Assembly: GCA_019358935.1 (NCBI GenBank) | Contig: JAHHIK010000086.1 | Coordinates: 1-37,161 of the forward strand | Source of the DNA: Tolypothrix carrinoi HA7290-LM1 | GTDB lineage: Bacteria > Cyanobacteriota > Cyanobacteriia > Cyanobacteriales > Nostocaceae | Direction: 5' to 3' | Length of the DNA stretch: 37,161 nt | Shown here: positions 23,137 through 34,476 of the stretch, in pieces | Layout: each line of letters begins with the position of its first letter | How positions within the stretch are numbered: the first letter of the stretch is position 1 | The notes under the pieces: model-generated | Databases searched by the model: none | Seen by the model: only the letters and a program-made list of their open reading frames with translations | What the model was told of the DNA's origin: nothing | Position numbers and translations under genes: made by a program

Positions 23137-24873
23137 TTAATACATACGGTCATTACGGTCGAGGCGTAAAAGCAGGCGAATCAGCACAACTGAGACTCCG
23201 GCAGCAATTAAACCAGGAAGCAATGCTAACCATACATAATGATTCACTAAGAGAATCGTAGCAGAAACAGTAAATCCACTGATAATCAGAGCATAGCTCA
23301 TTCCTAGCTGAATATTGCTTTGTCGGCGCAGCAGGCGATCTGTTTCAGGCGATCGCACGCGTACCCGCACATCTCCCCGTTCCAGTTTTTCTAGTGTATC
23401 TTCTAATCTACGTGGTAGTCCTAATGCCGTACTGCTGACTTGAGCTGCTTGCCGACTTAATTCATTGAGAAAACTATTGCCATCATTACCATTCATATTC
23501 GTCATAAGCTGCATTGCGTATGGTTTGGCAACTTCCATAAAGTTAAATTCGGGGTCTAAGCCTTTACCAACTCCCTCTAAAGTAGAGAAAGCTCGCATCA
23601 CAAAAGTGAAAGTTGCGGGAAATCTAAATGGCTGATCGTAAGCTATTTCATAAAGATCGTCACTAATTGATGCCACAGACTGATTCTCAAACGGCTGATC
23701 CATGAAATGATCGAGCATATACTGGACACTGCGTCGCACAGGTCCCATATCATCCACTGGTGCTAATGCTCCCAAATCGATGAGAGATTGGACAACGCGA
23801 TCGCCATCTTTAGAAGCAATCCCAAACAACGTTTCCATTAGTCCATCACGAATGTTGGACTTAATTCGCCCCATCATCCCGAAATCGTAGAAAATCAAAG
23901 AACCATCCGGACTGACAGCAACATTGCCAGGGTGGGGATCGGCATGGAAAAAGCCATTATCGAGCAACTGGTGCAGATAAGCTTCCGCACCTTGACGAGC
24001 CACAGCTTTGCGGTCTATACCCGCAGCTTCTAAAGCTTCGTATTGACTTATTTTAATACCTGGGAGATACTCTAGAGTCAGCACTCGCGGCGAAGTGTAG
24101 CGCCAATATACTCGCGGCACCTTCACCCAATCGTAGCTGCGAAAATTGCGGCGAAAAGTATCCGCATTGCGACCTTCATTGAGATAATCAACTTCTTCCC
24201 AAAGAATGCGGCAACACTCTTCATAAATACCAATCCAATCTCGTCCGCGTCCCCATTTAGGATGATTTTGAAAGTAACGTGTAATCCCTTTGAGAATTTT
24301 TAAATCAATTTCAAAAAGCTTCTTGAGTCCAGGACGTTGCACCTTGACAACAACAGATTCCCCCGAATGCAACACAGCTTTATGAACTTGTCCCAAACTA
24401 GCCGCAGCTAAGGGAATCGGCTCAAAACTGTGAAATAGTTCGGGAATTTTCTTGCCTAGCTCTTGCTCAATAATCGCTTCTACCTTCTCATAGCTAAATG
24501 CCGGCACTTTGTCTTGTAACTTTGCCAGTTCCTCGACATATTCAACCGGGAATATATCAGCACGAGTCGAAAAAAGTTGTCCAACTTTAATAAAAGTTGG
24601 ACCCAAATCTAACAGGGTAGTGCGAATCCAAATCGCTTGTGCCTTGCGTCTGGCTGCTTGCTTTGTCTCACTCACTCCACCTGGATAACTCCAAGATTTG
24701 TTGTAGAGCCAAAGCCTGAACATCAAAGTCAAGACAAAACCCCAAATGTCTACAAAGCGCCGTCTACTAGAGTAGTTATCGCGATTCCAACGGTATGCTT
24801 TATCTGAATAACCCTTTTCCATATGCCGTGTATACCGCTGGTTTTTGACTGAATTACCAGGAAGAAAAGACAC
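23137..24873 (-). CDS. ABC1/AarF/UbiB atypical kinase
   Basis: LGPTFIKVGQ, AAASLGQVH, VKVQRP, FFHADPHPGN, DFGM; C-terminal TM pair. Confidence 0.95.
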   Translation of the reverse strand: MSFLPGNSVKNQRYTRHMEKGYSDKAYRWNRDNYSSRRRFVDIWGFVLTLMFRLWLYNKSWSYPGGVSETKQAARRKAQAIWIRTTLLDLGPTFIKVGQLFSTRADIFPVEYVEELAKLQDKVPAFSYEKVEAIIEQELGKKIPELFHSFEPIPLAAASLGQVHKAVLHSGESVVVKVQRPGLKKLFEIDLKILKGITRYFQNHPKWGRGRDWIGIYEECCRILWEEVDYLNEGRNADTFRRNFRSYDWVKVPRVYWRYTSPRVLTLEYLPGIKISQYEALEAAGIDRKAVARQGAEAYLHQLLDNGFFHADPHPGNVAVSPDGSLIFYDFGMMGRIKSNIRDGLMETLFGIASKDGDRVVQSLIDLGALAPVDDMGPVRRSVQYMLDHFMDQPFENQSVASISDDLYEIAYDQPFRFPATFTFVMRAFSTLEGVGKGLDPEFNFMEVAKPYAMQLMTNMNGNDGNSFLNELSRQAAQVSSTALGLPRRLEDTLEKLERGDVRVRVRSPETDRLLRRQSNIQLGMSYALIISGFTVSATILLVNHYVWLALLPGLIAAGVSVVLIRLLLRLDRNDRMY

Positions 24874-24899
24874 TCTAAGTCCTAAACTGTTTTTAATAA

Positions 24900-25053
24900 T
24901 TGTTAGTGGTTAGTTGTTGAGTTGTTAGTTGTTGGTTGATAGTTGTTGGTTGATAGTTGTTGGTTGTTGGTTGTTAATTATCCTAATAACTACTAACTAC
25001 TAACTACTAACTCCTAACTCCTAACTTCTAACTCCTAACTCCTACTCCTACTC
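24900..25053. repeat. Bipartite STRR array (GTTGGTT-like)n then (TAACTAC/TAACTCC)n
   Basis: Directly visible. Confidence 0.85.
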
Positions 25054-25383
25054 CTAACCTGCAAAATTGCTGCGATATCGTTGCAATTCGGCTCTTAACA
25101 GGGCAATATCTGCTCGCAATTCATCAATCGTTGCTTGCACATCAACTGAAGTAGAACCGGTTTGGCTGCTTGGTGTGGTGTATGTACCAGCACCGGCTGC
25201 TTCTGCGGCTTGATTTGCCCGCTCTAGAACTTCTTCTGTAAAGGAGCGCAACTGCTCTCTGGCTTCGGCATCAAATTTGCCAAGTTCACTCAAAGCATCG
25301 GTTATAGCGACTTCTACGCGCTCATTCAGGATTTCCGCTACCGCTCTACCAACGAAAAAGGCTTGCACAAGGGGGTTACTCAT
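25054..25383 (-). CDS. Conserved cyanobacterial coiled-coil hypothetical protein upstream of the ABC1 kinase
   Basis: AFFVGRAVAEIL...IDELRADIALLRAELQRYR; co-oriented with the ABC1 kinase gene. Confidence 0.85.
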   Translation of the reverse strand: MSNPLVQAFFVGRAVAEILNERVEVAITDALSELGKFDAEAREQLRSFTEEVLERANQAAEAAGAGTYTTPSSQTGSTSVDVQATIDELRADIALLRAELQRYRSNFAG

Positions 25384-25806
25384 AAATTTTTGTTACGCTC
25401 ATCCGCAAGAGAATTATAGCTTGCCTGTCTGCCTTACTGCTTCTGCTTTTAGTACTGGGCTTTTGCGGAGCGAGAAATTTAGCGTTAGACACTTCTGCTG
25501 AAGATAGCATTGCTTATCAAATACCAAGGCGAATGGAGAGCTTATTTATATCCTAATGGCTAGCGGAAGCAGGCGAAACCAAAACTATTGCTGTAATGTA
25601 GTAAATACGGATATCAATATCGATAATTTATCAAAATCAAAATTTTTTAGGTATTTTCGCTGACAGAGAGGGAAACCTAGACGGAAAGCCTTATAGCAGT
25701 TGGCTAAAGTAGCAGCAAGTCAAGAGACATCACCTAATTATAACTTGGACAAAAATCTTATTTGAAACAAACAAGCGAACTATAAAAAAGATATAAGGCA
25801 AATGGG

Positions 25807-26127
25807 ATGGATATCTTTACGATAATTTTGGTACCATTATTGCTAGGAATTTTTACCAACAGATTAGATGCTATTCTAATCGCTCCCGCAGTTGAAAAGG
25901 TCTTGAAGCGCATCAAGCAAGATGACAAGCAAGTCAATCATCAACTTGAAAAAGCCTTGAGACTTTGTTTCCTCTCAGCACTCCAAACTATAGCCAGAGA
26001 ATGCCACAAAGAACTGATTGGTTTTTCTCCTGTGCAACGCTACCGAATTAGTGGCAAACCTGGAGAGCAGTTTAGTCTCCATATTCAGCTTGGTGAAGCC
26101 AATATTATACGAAATTTTGTAATTTAA
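25807..26127 (+). pseudogene. Probable deletion chimera: helical N-terminus fused to a DUF1822-like C-terminal tail
   Basis: Tail ISGKPGEQFSLHIQLGEANIIRNFVI resembles DUF1822 C-termini, which commonly precede CHAT genes (recalled). Confidence 0.5.
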
Positions 26128-26147
26128 CTGCCTGCAAGAGGTCAGCA

Positions 26148-28723
26148 ATGGGCAAGTTAGTTGTAATCAATTTAATAGAGGGCAATTTTGAGAAGGGTTT
26201 TTCTGTCTCCTTGCAGATTTGGACAGAAGGCGATCGCCAATGGATTGCTGCTGCCAAGGGCAAACTGCCTCCAGCGGTAGAGCTGCATGAACACTATAAC
26301 AATTGGCAGTCACGCTATCGCAGCCATGTGTCAGGCAGAAATTCTACTCGAATCAGCGTCACGGGAGGTACTGATGCTTCTATCATCACTGACATTAAAA
26401 AAGCCAGCAAACAGTTAAAGTCGAGTCTTAATGACTGGCTCAAAGCTGATTCTAGTTTTAGTCACATCCGAGAGAAATTGTTCCAAAATCTGAAGAATGA
26501 AGATGAGGAGATTCGGGTCATATTTGAAACTGAAAATCTGGAATTACAACGTTTGCCTTGGCATCTTTGGGATGATTTTTTTAAGAGGATGTTTGAAAAG
26601 TATTAGATTTGACAAAGAGACCTAACCCTCCTACCCCCCTTCCCTAAGAGGGAAGGGGGGTTTCAAAGCCTCTCCCCCTGTGGGGGAGAGGTTTGGAGAG
26701 GGGTCTTTTTGTATACTTTGCGACTTTTCAAACATCCTCTAAGCATTACCATCGGGCTGAGGTTGCTTTGTCTCTACCAGTGAAAAAAGGGCAAATAGCG
26801 TCTAACAGCGATCAAGTCAAAGTTTTAGCAGTTTTCGGCAAAGATACTAGAATTAATACCAAAAAAGACTGGCTGATGTTGGAAGAACGATTAGCTCAAG
26901 ATTCCAACGCCTTGCTAATTAATATAAATAAACCTAAATTAGACGATTTATGTGACCAGATTGATAAACATAAACCCCAGATACTCTTCTTTGCTGGTCA
27001 CAGTCGTAGTGAAGATGATGGAGAAAGTGGTTTTATTGACCTTAATGACGATGAAACCATAACGATTGATGATTTAGAACCTGACCTGAGAAAAGCTGTT
27101 AAACGGGGTTTGCAACTGGCTATTTTTAACTCTTGTGATGGGTTGGGAATAGCACGGCAATTAGCACAGTTGCATGTCCCAAATATTATTGTTATGCGAG
27201 AGCCTGTGCCGGATCAAGTAGCACAGATGTTTTTGCAACGTTTTTTAGAAGCATTTGCAGCAGGAAAGCCTTTACATCTCGCAGTGCGGAGAGCAAGAGA
27301 AAGGATAAATCGTTTGGAAAATCAATTTCCTGGTGCTACTTGGCTGCCAATGACTTTTCAAAATCCGGCAGAACCACCGTTAACTTGGCGATCGCTTGGT
27401 GGTGTGGAAATAAAAAGGCAATCCAATCAGTCTGCTTTTCCCAGTGAAGAGTCTAACATGACTAACCAAGGTTCGATAGCTTGGCTGAATACTGAAGTCG
27501 GCAGTTATTCCCCGCCAACACCACTGCCAATAAGAATGCAGAAGGTTACAATTATTTGTAACAAAGGTCATCAAAATTCCTCTGACAATCGTTTTTGCAT
27601 CCACTGTGGTGAGGCTTTAAATCAGCAGTGGATAAAACTTTCAATTACTTGTAGTCAAGGACATGAAAATTCTCGTACTAGCTCTTTTTGTAGTTACTGT
27701 GGTGAAGATTTGAAAGGTGGAACTAATATCATTTTACCTACTACCCAGCCGCAATTACCAGCAATTCAACCTGAAACTGAGTTGCCACCAAAAACTCCGA
27801 TTAATTCGGAGGTTTCTAGTAAGCGAAGAGCTACAGTAATAGGAAACCTGTTAAATGAACGCTACAGAATTCTAAAAATCTTGAGTAAAGGTGCATTTAG
27901 TGAGACTTTTATCGCAGAAGACATAAATTTACCAAGTAATCCTCAATGTGTTGTGAAACAACTTAAGCTCATGACAAATGATCCACAAATTTGGAAAGAG
28001 GCAAGAAGATTATTTTTTAAAGAGGCAGAAGTTTTGGAAAAGTTAGGAAAACACGACCAAATTCCGGTAATTCTAGCTTACTTTGAGGAAAATTATGAAT
28101 TCTATTTAGTTCAAGAATATATTGAAGGTCACACTTTAACTGAAGAAATTTATCCTGGAAAGCGATTAGCTGAAACTCAAGTTACTAGCATTTTGCACGA
28201 CATTCTCAAAATTTTGGAGTTTGTCCATCAGCAAAATATTATCCATCGCGATGTTAAACCCTCAAATTTAATTAGACGCAAGCAAGACCAAAAGTTAGTT
28301 TTGATTGACTTTGGGGCTGTAAAGCAAATTCAAAACTCAACTATTGAAGATACTATTATTATTGGCACTCCAGCCTATATGCCTAGTGAGCAAATGGAAG
28401 GTAAACCATATTTTAACAGCGATATATATGCTGTGGGTATTATGGCTATCGAAGCACTCACTGGAATATCACCTCGCGAACTACGGCAAAATTCTAATGC
28501 AGGTGAAATATTTTGGCGGGACTATGCACAAGTTAGTGATGAACTAGCAGCTATTTTAGATAAGATGGTGTGCTATGACTTCAAGCAAAGATATCAATCA
28601 GCTACGGAAGTTTTACAAGCTTTGAAGGATATGCAAAGAATTGTGATTTCACCGACTGTCATTACTCCTAATCCAACAATTATATCTGGGCTTAAATCAT
28701 TTTTTAATGGTTTAAAATTATAA
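26148..28723 (+). pseudogene. CHAT domain + double zinc ribbon + Ser/Thr kinase, interrupted by a MITE (805 aa once repaired)
   Basis: Removing 26585-26742 joins LPWHLWDDFFK to HYHRAEVALS; FFAGHS and FNSCDG CHAT motifs; two CxxGH..FCxxCG units; HRDVKPSN, DFGAVK. Confidence 0.9.
26585..26739. mobile_element. 155-bp MITE with perfect 17-bp TIRs and a TAA target duplication
   Basis: GAGGATGTTTGAAAAGT ... ACTTTTCAAACATCCTC, TAA at 26582-26584 and 26740-26742; internal GC hairpins. Confidence 0.92.
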
Positions 28724-28897
28724 ATAGAACCGCTGTGCCAGTAGTTAATAGTATACGCTCGCTCTCCTACTTCACACGCAGATAATCTTGCATTAAAAAA
28801 TTTTAAGCCTTAGCGCGACAGCATATGAATTCTTAATTTTTTCAAATACTTTCTCTTGAGAGAATATCATTAAAAGTAAAAAAAGGAGATTATTTAT

Positions 28898-29122
28898 ATG
28901 CTTTACAAAGCAAATATTATTATCGAAAAAGATGAGTATGGATATTATGCTTCTTGTCCAGAACTTCCTGGATGTCAATCTCAAGGAGATTCTTTAGAAG
29001 AGGTAAGAGAAAATATCAAAGAAGCAGTTGAACTTTATCTAGAAACTTTATCAGAGTCAGAAAAACAGGCACTTTTAAACAAGGAAATACTAACTATGAC
29101 TTTAGAGGTACAAGTTGCCTAA
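28898..29122 (+). CDS. hicB: HicB family antitoxin (short form)
   Basis: YYASCPELPGCQSQGDSLEEVRENIKEAVELYLE. Confidence 0.9.
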   Translation: MLYKANIIIEKDEYGYYASCPELPGCQSQGDSLEEVRENIKEAVELYLETLSESEKQALLNKEILTMTLEVQVA

Positions 29123-29351
29123 ACAACCGCGTCTCAATGCTAAGGAAGCGGAAAAACTCTTATTAGATGCTGGCTTTATCCAGATTAGAAGCAAAGGCAG
29201 TCATAGAGTTTATCGTTTAGAGGATGTTAGGGTTGTGATTCCTTTTCATTCAGGCAAAGTGTTACATCCAAAGATAGTTCAACAGGTTATGCAAGCTATC
29301 AAACCTACTGACAATGATATTGTTGAAGACACTTATGATGATAGTCAATAA
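29115..29351 (+). CDS. hicA: HicA family mRNA interferase toxin
   Basis: GFIQIRSKGSHRVY...VVIPFH; overlaps the hicB stop. Confidence 0.9.
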   Translation: MPKQPRLNAKEAEKLLLDAGFIQIRSKGSHRVYRLEDVRVVIPFHSGKVLHPKIVQQVMQAIKPTDNDIVEDTYDDSQ

Positions 29352-29367
29352 GCAAGTAAGTGCATAA

Positions 29368-32091
29368 TTATGTATTATTTATACTTGGATAACGTTGTCC
29401 TAAAAACTCTTCAGCCTTAGCGCGATCGCTTACAACTCCATCCAATGTAGCAGCAAGCAAATCATCCAATATTTGCCGAAACTGCGGTCCCGGTTTATAC
29501 CCCAATCTTTTTAAATCATTGCCATTCAAAATCGGCTGAACGTTAGCCCATACTGTCAAATATTGCCAAATTTTCCCCCTTACTACTCGCTTACTTCGCA
29601 CCGCAATTAAAATTAACATTGGCAAATCATACTTTCGCAGCAACTGCACTACTTGACTGGGACGCTGGAAAGTTAATAATAATGTCATTACCTCAGCTTC
29701 AGCAAATGTTAAGTTTTCTAACCTTTTAATACTATCTTCTTGTAATTGCAGATTTTTTGCTACCTTACCGCGATATTCTGGTGTTAGATGAGCGATGATA
29801 GCTTCTAAACGCATTTGCCAATGAATCAAACTTTGCTGAGTGTCAAATCGTCGCAAACAGCGTTCTAATAAACGTAATTGCCGCAATAATTCTTCATCTA
29901 ATTTTAGTGTAGGATGAATGCATTGCAACGCCCCTAAATTATCGAGCAACTGTAAAGCATCTTTCCAATAAGGTGCTTCTAAGATATGCTTTAATTCGGC
30001 TTTGAGTCGAGTTTGTAAAGCCGGAGTTTTGCTATTTTGTTGTGCAGTGCGATCGTAAATGCCACTGTTAATCGCATAACGAATATACGCTTCTGTTTGC
30101 GGTTCAATTTGAAATCCAAAGCGTACAGCAAAGCGTACACCGCGATAAATGCGTGTCGGATCTTCGATAAAACTGTTGACGTGTAAAACGCGAATTTGCT
30201 TGGCTTGTATATCCAGTAAACCGCCGAAAAAATCTAGTAATTCACCAGCGCGGGGAGAAGTTAATCGTAGCGCGATCGCATTAATCGTAAAATCTCGTCG
30301 ATACAAATCTTGACGAATCGAACTCGCTTCTACTTCCGGATTCGCCGCCGGATAAGGATAAAATTCTGTTCTAGCAGTAGCGATATCCACCCATAACGAA
30401 TTCAATTCTGGGTCATTATGCCACAGCAAAGCCGCAGTTTGAAAAGCGCCATGAATTTCTAAGCGTGCAGTCGAATAAACTTGCTGTAGTGATGAAGCTA
30501 ATTCTACACCAGCACCGACATCTGCTGATTTGTGAAAGCCATCAACTACCATGTCAATGTCTTTAATCATTAAAGCACCTGCGGATTCTTCAGCTAACAG
30601 CAAATCCCGCACTGCACCCCCAACTAAATAAAGATGCCAACCACGTTTTTCTGCCTCTTTTGATGCTATACTAAGCAGCTGCCAAAGTTGTGGCGCAAGT
30701 TTATTTTGCAATTGTTCCCCATAGGAAAACAAAATCTTGTCTCCTTGTCTCCTTGTCTCCTTGTCTCCTTGTCTCCTTGTCTCCTTGTCTCCTTGATGTA
30801 ATTCCCGCAAAACATCAGTGCGGGTGACAATTCCCAATAATTGCTTATCTTGCAACACTGGTAAGCGTCCGATATCATATGTCACCATCAGCGCTTCGAT
30901 TTCGGGGAGTGTCGTATCTGGTGTAATTGTCTTGAGATTAGTTGTCATGTAGCCTTTAACTGGTGCATGACTAAAGCCGTGATGCAAAGCAATATCCAAA
31001 TCTCGACGCGAAATTATACCTACTAACTGTGCCTCGGCATCGACGACAGATAAACCAGAATGCCCGTAGCGCAACAAAATACGCTGTGCTTCCTCAATTG
31101 TAGTTTCTGGACGGATGGTGCGGACTGGAGAGGACATTAAATCTCTCGCTGTGGGAGGATGAGGAATATTAGCTTTTATGCTGTCAAGAAGTTGGTTTAA
31201 TATGACTTGTGGATCTACTCCGCGCAGGTTGACCGATGTAGCTTGAGAATGTCCGCCACCGCCTAAAGGTTCAAATAATTCGTGAAGATTAACATTCTTG
31301 ATTTGCGATCGCCCAATCACCGTTAACCGCGATTCGTTTTCCGCTGGATATTCATTTGCCAGCAGTAAAGCATCAATTTCGGTTAACGTCATTAGCTGCG
31401 AGGCAAGACTTGATAATCCAGGCACAAATTTATCTGTTTTCAGAATCACCCAGGCGATCGTATATCCCCGTATGCATACAGATTGCAATTTGTCTATAGC
31501 TTGAGTTAACAATTGCTGCAATTGTAGGGATAAACCCGGATCTAGATACTCAGCAATTACCGACAAGCTAGCGCCTTGTTGCATCAACCAAGCCAAAGCT
31601 AAAGCATCTCGCGCAGTGCTAGAGTCAAAGGTGAGAGAGCCAGTATCAACATGAATACCCAAAGCCATGACAGTGGCTTGGGCAGGAGTGAGGGAAATTT
31701 CTTGCTGTTGTAATAGTTCCACCATTAAAGTGGTGGTGGCTCCGACAGAAGAAATATGCGCGACCGTGGCGGGAATATCTGATTCTTGCGCGATGTGATG
31801 GTCATATACTATGATTTCTTTAAGGTGGGGTAAATCTAACCATTCAGCAGCTTTACCCAGGCGATCGCGTTGTTGCGTATCCACCACACTTAAAGAGCGA
31901 ATTTTTTCTGGATTGACCGAACGCCGTTCAATCAACGGATATTCATCGCGATGCAACGCCAAAAAATCCCGCACAGGTGGATGAGAACCGCCAGTCAGCA
32001 CAATCAAGCTTCCTGGTAGCAAGCGCGTTAGCCCTACCGCCGCTCCTAACGCATCAAAATCAGCTGTAGTGTGGCAAAGAATTAAATCCAT
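29368..32091 (-). CDS. DHH-DHHA1-CBS-nucleotidyltransferase (A-adding tRNA nucleotidyltransferase / poly(A) polymerase family)
   Basis: DFDALGA, YDHH, GGGGHS, paired CBS domains, [28 protein letters not shown]. Confidence 0.93.
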   Translation of the reverse strand: MDLILCHTTADFDALGAAVGLTRLLPGSLIVLTGGSHPPVRDFLALHRDEYPLIERRSVNPEKIRSLSVVDTQQRDRLGKAAEWLDLPHLKEIIVYDHHIAQESDIPATVAHISSVGATTTLMVELLQQQEISLTPAQATVMALGIHVDTGSLTFDSSTARDALALAWLMQQGASLSVIAEYLDPGLSLQLQQLLTQAIDKLQSVCIRGYTIAWVILKTDKFVPGLSSLASQLMTLTEIDALLLANEYPAENESRLTVIGRSQIKNVNLHELFEPLGGGGHSQATSVNLRGVDPQVILNQLLDSIKANIPHPPTARDLMSSPVRTIRPETTIEEAQRILLRYGHSGLSVVDAEAQLVGIISRRDLDIALHHGFSHAPVKGYMTTNLKTITPDTTLPEIEALMVTYDIGRLPVLQDKQLLGIVTRTDVLRELHQGDKETRRQGDKETRRQGDKILFSYGEQLQNKLAPQLWQLLSIASKEAEKRGWHLYLVGGAVRDLLLAEESAGALMIKDIDMVVDGFHKSADVGAGVELASSLQQVYSTARLEIHGAFQTAALLWHNDPELNSLWVDIATARTEFYPYPAANPEVEASSIRQDLYRRDFTINAIALRLTSPRAGELLDFFGGLLDIQAKQIRVLHVNSFIEDPTRIYRGVRFAVRFGFQIEPQTEAYIRYAINSGIYDRTAQQNSKTPALQTRLKAELKHILEAPYWKDALQLLDNLGALQCIHPTLKLDEELLRQLRLLERCLRRFDTQQSLIHWQMRLEAIIAHLTPEYRGKVAKNLQLQEDSIKRLENLTFAEAEVMTLLLTFQRPSQVVQLLRKYDLPMLILIAVRSKRVVRGKIWQYLTVWANVQPILNGNDLKRLGYKPGPQFRQILDDLLAATLDGVVSDRAKAEEFLGQRYPSINNT
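30736..30795. repeat. (CTTGTCTC)x7 in-frame array in the CBS-NTase linker
   Basis: Encodes [20 protein letters not shown]. Confidence 0.9.
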
Positions 32092-32479
32092 AGTTAAGAG
32101 TCAATAGTCAACAGTCAAGAGTCAAGAGTCAAGGATCAATTTTTAGACTAATGACTAAATGCTTACAATTGCTACTAGCTTACAACTGGGAAAGATTTTA
32201 AGTGTTGCCCTTTAACTAATCGCCTTCTTTTTCCTCCTGGGCGCAGCGCTATTGAGTTGTTAGTATGAAGTGGTTTCGCATTCATTTGATGGTAGTATTT
32301 CAATGGTCGATGACCCACCCACACGGCAGTCAACAAAGGTAACAGTAGCGGTACGACGCTTACCACGGTAACTATCGTGAGAAAAGGGGAATGGGTTTAC
32401 CCCCTGATTCTTGACAATCATGGTGAACCTCGTTAAAAAACAATATCTGCCGAGGGTGTGCAGGGCGGCTGCCTGTGGA

Positions 32480-32627
32480 ACGGCACATGCTTTAACGGGG
32501 GGAACCCCCCTTCGGGTTCGCTCCTTGCCGGCACGAGGGAAAACGCCACGTGCTTCAAGCCGGGGAACCCGTCCAACGCAGTGGCTCCCCTCCCTTTCTC
32601 GCTGGTCTCACCGCAACGCAGTGCCTC
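32480..32627 (+). repeat. Three-level nested small elements (45-nt > 58-nt > 45-nt)
   Basis: Outer 32480-32508 + 32612-32627; middle 32509-32542 + 32588-32611; inner 32543-32587. Confidence 0.75.
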
Positions 32628-32844
32628 CGCTGTGTAAGACCATCATCGTCTTGAGTGACGAATTCCTAGAAATAGGGATGCCTAACGTGGCAACGGCGGT
32701 TTATAAGTGAAACTCGCTCATACGAATAAGACCGTCCCTGATTTCAATGAGTTTTGGGAGAACCAAAATCGAGTGCGCGATCGCTTTGGGGTACTTCCAC
32801 GATATTCTATCTTTAGTATTTAGCTGTAAAAGTGAGAAGGAAAA

Positions 32845-33033
32845 ATGACCATTATATTTCAAGCTGCATTAGTCGCGCTGGTTGCGTTGTCGTTTGTCAT
32901 GGTTGTTGGTGTTCCGGTAGCTTATGCCACTCCGCAAAATTGGAATGAGTCGAAAAAGCTACTTTGGATCGGTTCTGGAGTCTGGTTTGCCTTAGTGTTT
33001 TTAGTTGGTCTATTAAACTTTTTTGTGGTATAG
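32845..33033 (+). CDS. psbZ: Photosystem II protein Z
   Basis: 62 aa, two TM helices, [13 protein letters not shown] motif. Confidence 0.96.
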   Translation: MTIIFQAALVALVALSFVMVVGVPVAYATPQNWNESKKLLWIGSGVWFALVFLVGLLNFFVV

Positions 33034-33079
33034 ACGACTCCTAGTCTGCGCTGGCAAATAGTATAAATATTTGCTTCAT

Positions 33080-33370
33080 CAGAGGGAGAGGGGGACAAGG
33101 GGACAAGGAGACAAGGAGGACAAGGGGAGGACACTTCTGTGCGGGGGTGGAGGAGTAAGGAACGTGTCCGTGGACAAGGAGGACAAGGAGGACAAGGAGG
33201 ACAAGGGGAGGACACTTCTGTGCGGGGGTGGAGGAGTAAGGAACGTGTCCGTGGACAAGGAGAAATTTCTTCCCCTGCTTCCCCCTCCCCCTTGTCTCCC
33301 TCCTCCCCCTTGTCCTCCCCCTCTCCTTGTCCCCCCCTCTCAAGAACTCTCCCCCTTCCCCCCATCTCCC
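33080..33370. repeat. GGACAAGG array containing two identical 45-nt elements (33127-33171, 33208-33252), followed by a C-rich complementary array
   Basis: 81-bp tandem duplication; minus strand of the unit reads ACGGACAC...GTGTCCTC. Confidence 0.85.
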
Positions 33371-33448
33371 AAACTTTCCTGCTGCTCTACTTTTAAATAA
33401 GAAATGTATATTGGCTGATATGTATAGTTGATTGATTAAGAGGCAGTT

Positions 33449-34024
33449 ATGGCAGTTTTCGAGGGAACTTTTACTCAGACAGAACCTTTGCGGTTTGCAG
33501 TGGTTATTGGTCGATTCAATGACCTCGTTACCAGTAAGCTGCTAGAAGGCTGTCAAGATTGCTTGAAACGCCACGGCGTAGATGTCAATCCTCAAGGAAC
33601 TCAGGTGGATTATGTTTGGGTTCCCGGCAGTTTTGAAGTGCCAGTAGTGGCTCGTCAGCTGGCGCTTTCTCAAAGATATGATGCAATCATTTGTCTGGGT
33701 GCTGTCATCCGAGGGCAAACGCCTCATTTTGATTTCGTATCCTCTGAAGTAGCTAAAGGTATTGCCGCTGCTGCCTTTCAAACTGGCGTTCCGGTAGTTT
33801 TTGGCGTTTTGACAACGGACACGATGCAACAAGCTTTAGAAAGGGCAGGTATTAAGAGTAATTTGGGTTGGGAATACGCCATGAGTGCCTTGGAAATGGC
33901 TAGCCTCATGCGGAATTTGCGCTCTAACCTGGCAGAGCCATATCGCAATTCTCAATCTTTGCCTCCCTCTTTTAAAAGTGCCAGCTTAGGTGAATTTGCC
34001 GCCGAGTCACAAGAACACGTCTAA
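33449..34024 (+). CDS. ribH: 6,7-dimethyl-8-ribityllumazine synthase
   Basis: [42 protein letters not shown]. Confidence 0.97.
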   Translation: MAVFEGTFTQTEPLRFAVVIGRFNDLVTSKLLEGCQDCLKRHGVDVNPQGTQVDYVWVPGSFEVPVVARQLALSQRYDAIICLGAVIRGQTPHFDFVSSEVAKGIAAAAFQTGVPVVFGVLTTDTMQQALERAGIKSNLGWEYAMSALEMASLMRNLRSNLAEPYRNSQSLPPSFKSASLGEFAAESQEHV

Positions 34025-34084
34025 GGGTGTCAAGAGTCAAGAGTCAAGAATCTTTTGATTTTTGACTTTTGACTAATTAAGGTG

Positions 34085-34116
34085 TTGACAAACTCTGATT
34101 AATGTGAAATTATAAT
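34085..34116 (+). promoter_or_regulatory. Possible sigma70 promoter for tRNA-Gly
   Basis: TTGACA (34085) and TATAAT (34111), but the 20-nt spacer is atypically long. Confidence 0.4.
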
Positions 34117-34131
34117 ATTTATATGCAAGTT

Positions 34132-34203
34132 GCGGGTATAGCTCAGTGGTAGAGCGTCACCTTGCCAAGGTGAATGTCGCGCGTTCGAATCGCGTTACCC
34201 GCT
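34132..34203 (+). tRNA. trnG: tRNA-Gly (GCC), CCA not encoded
   Basis: GCGGGTA/TACCCGC acceptor stem, TCACC-TTGCCAA-GGTGA anticodon arm, GTTCGAATC T-arm. Confidence 0.98.
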
Positions 34204-34476
34204 TTTGAAGAAAGTAGATTCATCGCATTACGATCTAAAACCTTTATTGTAGAGACGTTCCGGACCGAATGTCTCTACTTTTGCTATTTACCTGAAACAA
34301 AGATTGGCTCAATTAAAGTGATTTTGGTGTAGTTTTGCTTTTATATAGCTGAACTATTGCACCTTTGCGGCAATGCCCTTATTGAAATATGTGGCATCCA
34401 GACATAAGATATGGGCATCAAGTGCAAGATGTCAGCTTTGGCAAAAGTCTCGAAAAAAAAGTTAAACGAGCAATTC

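Noticed and set aside
32175..32710. 63-aa and 99-aa ORFs upstream of psbZ
   Set aside because: No recognisable motifs; the longer one is largely nested repeat sequence
33110..33260. Repeat-spacer-like pattern suggesting a mini CRISPR array
   Set aside because: The two spacer-like units are identical (81-bp tandem duplication), the flanks are STRR units, and no cas genes are present
32922..33400. Four overlapping ORFs between psbZ and ribH
   Set aside because: All derive from stop-poor GGACAAGG arrays
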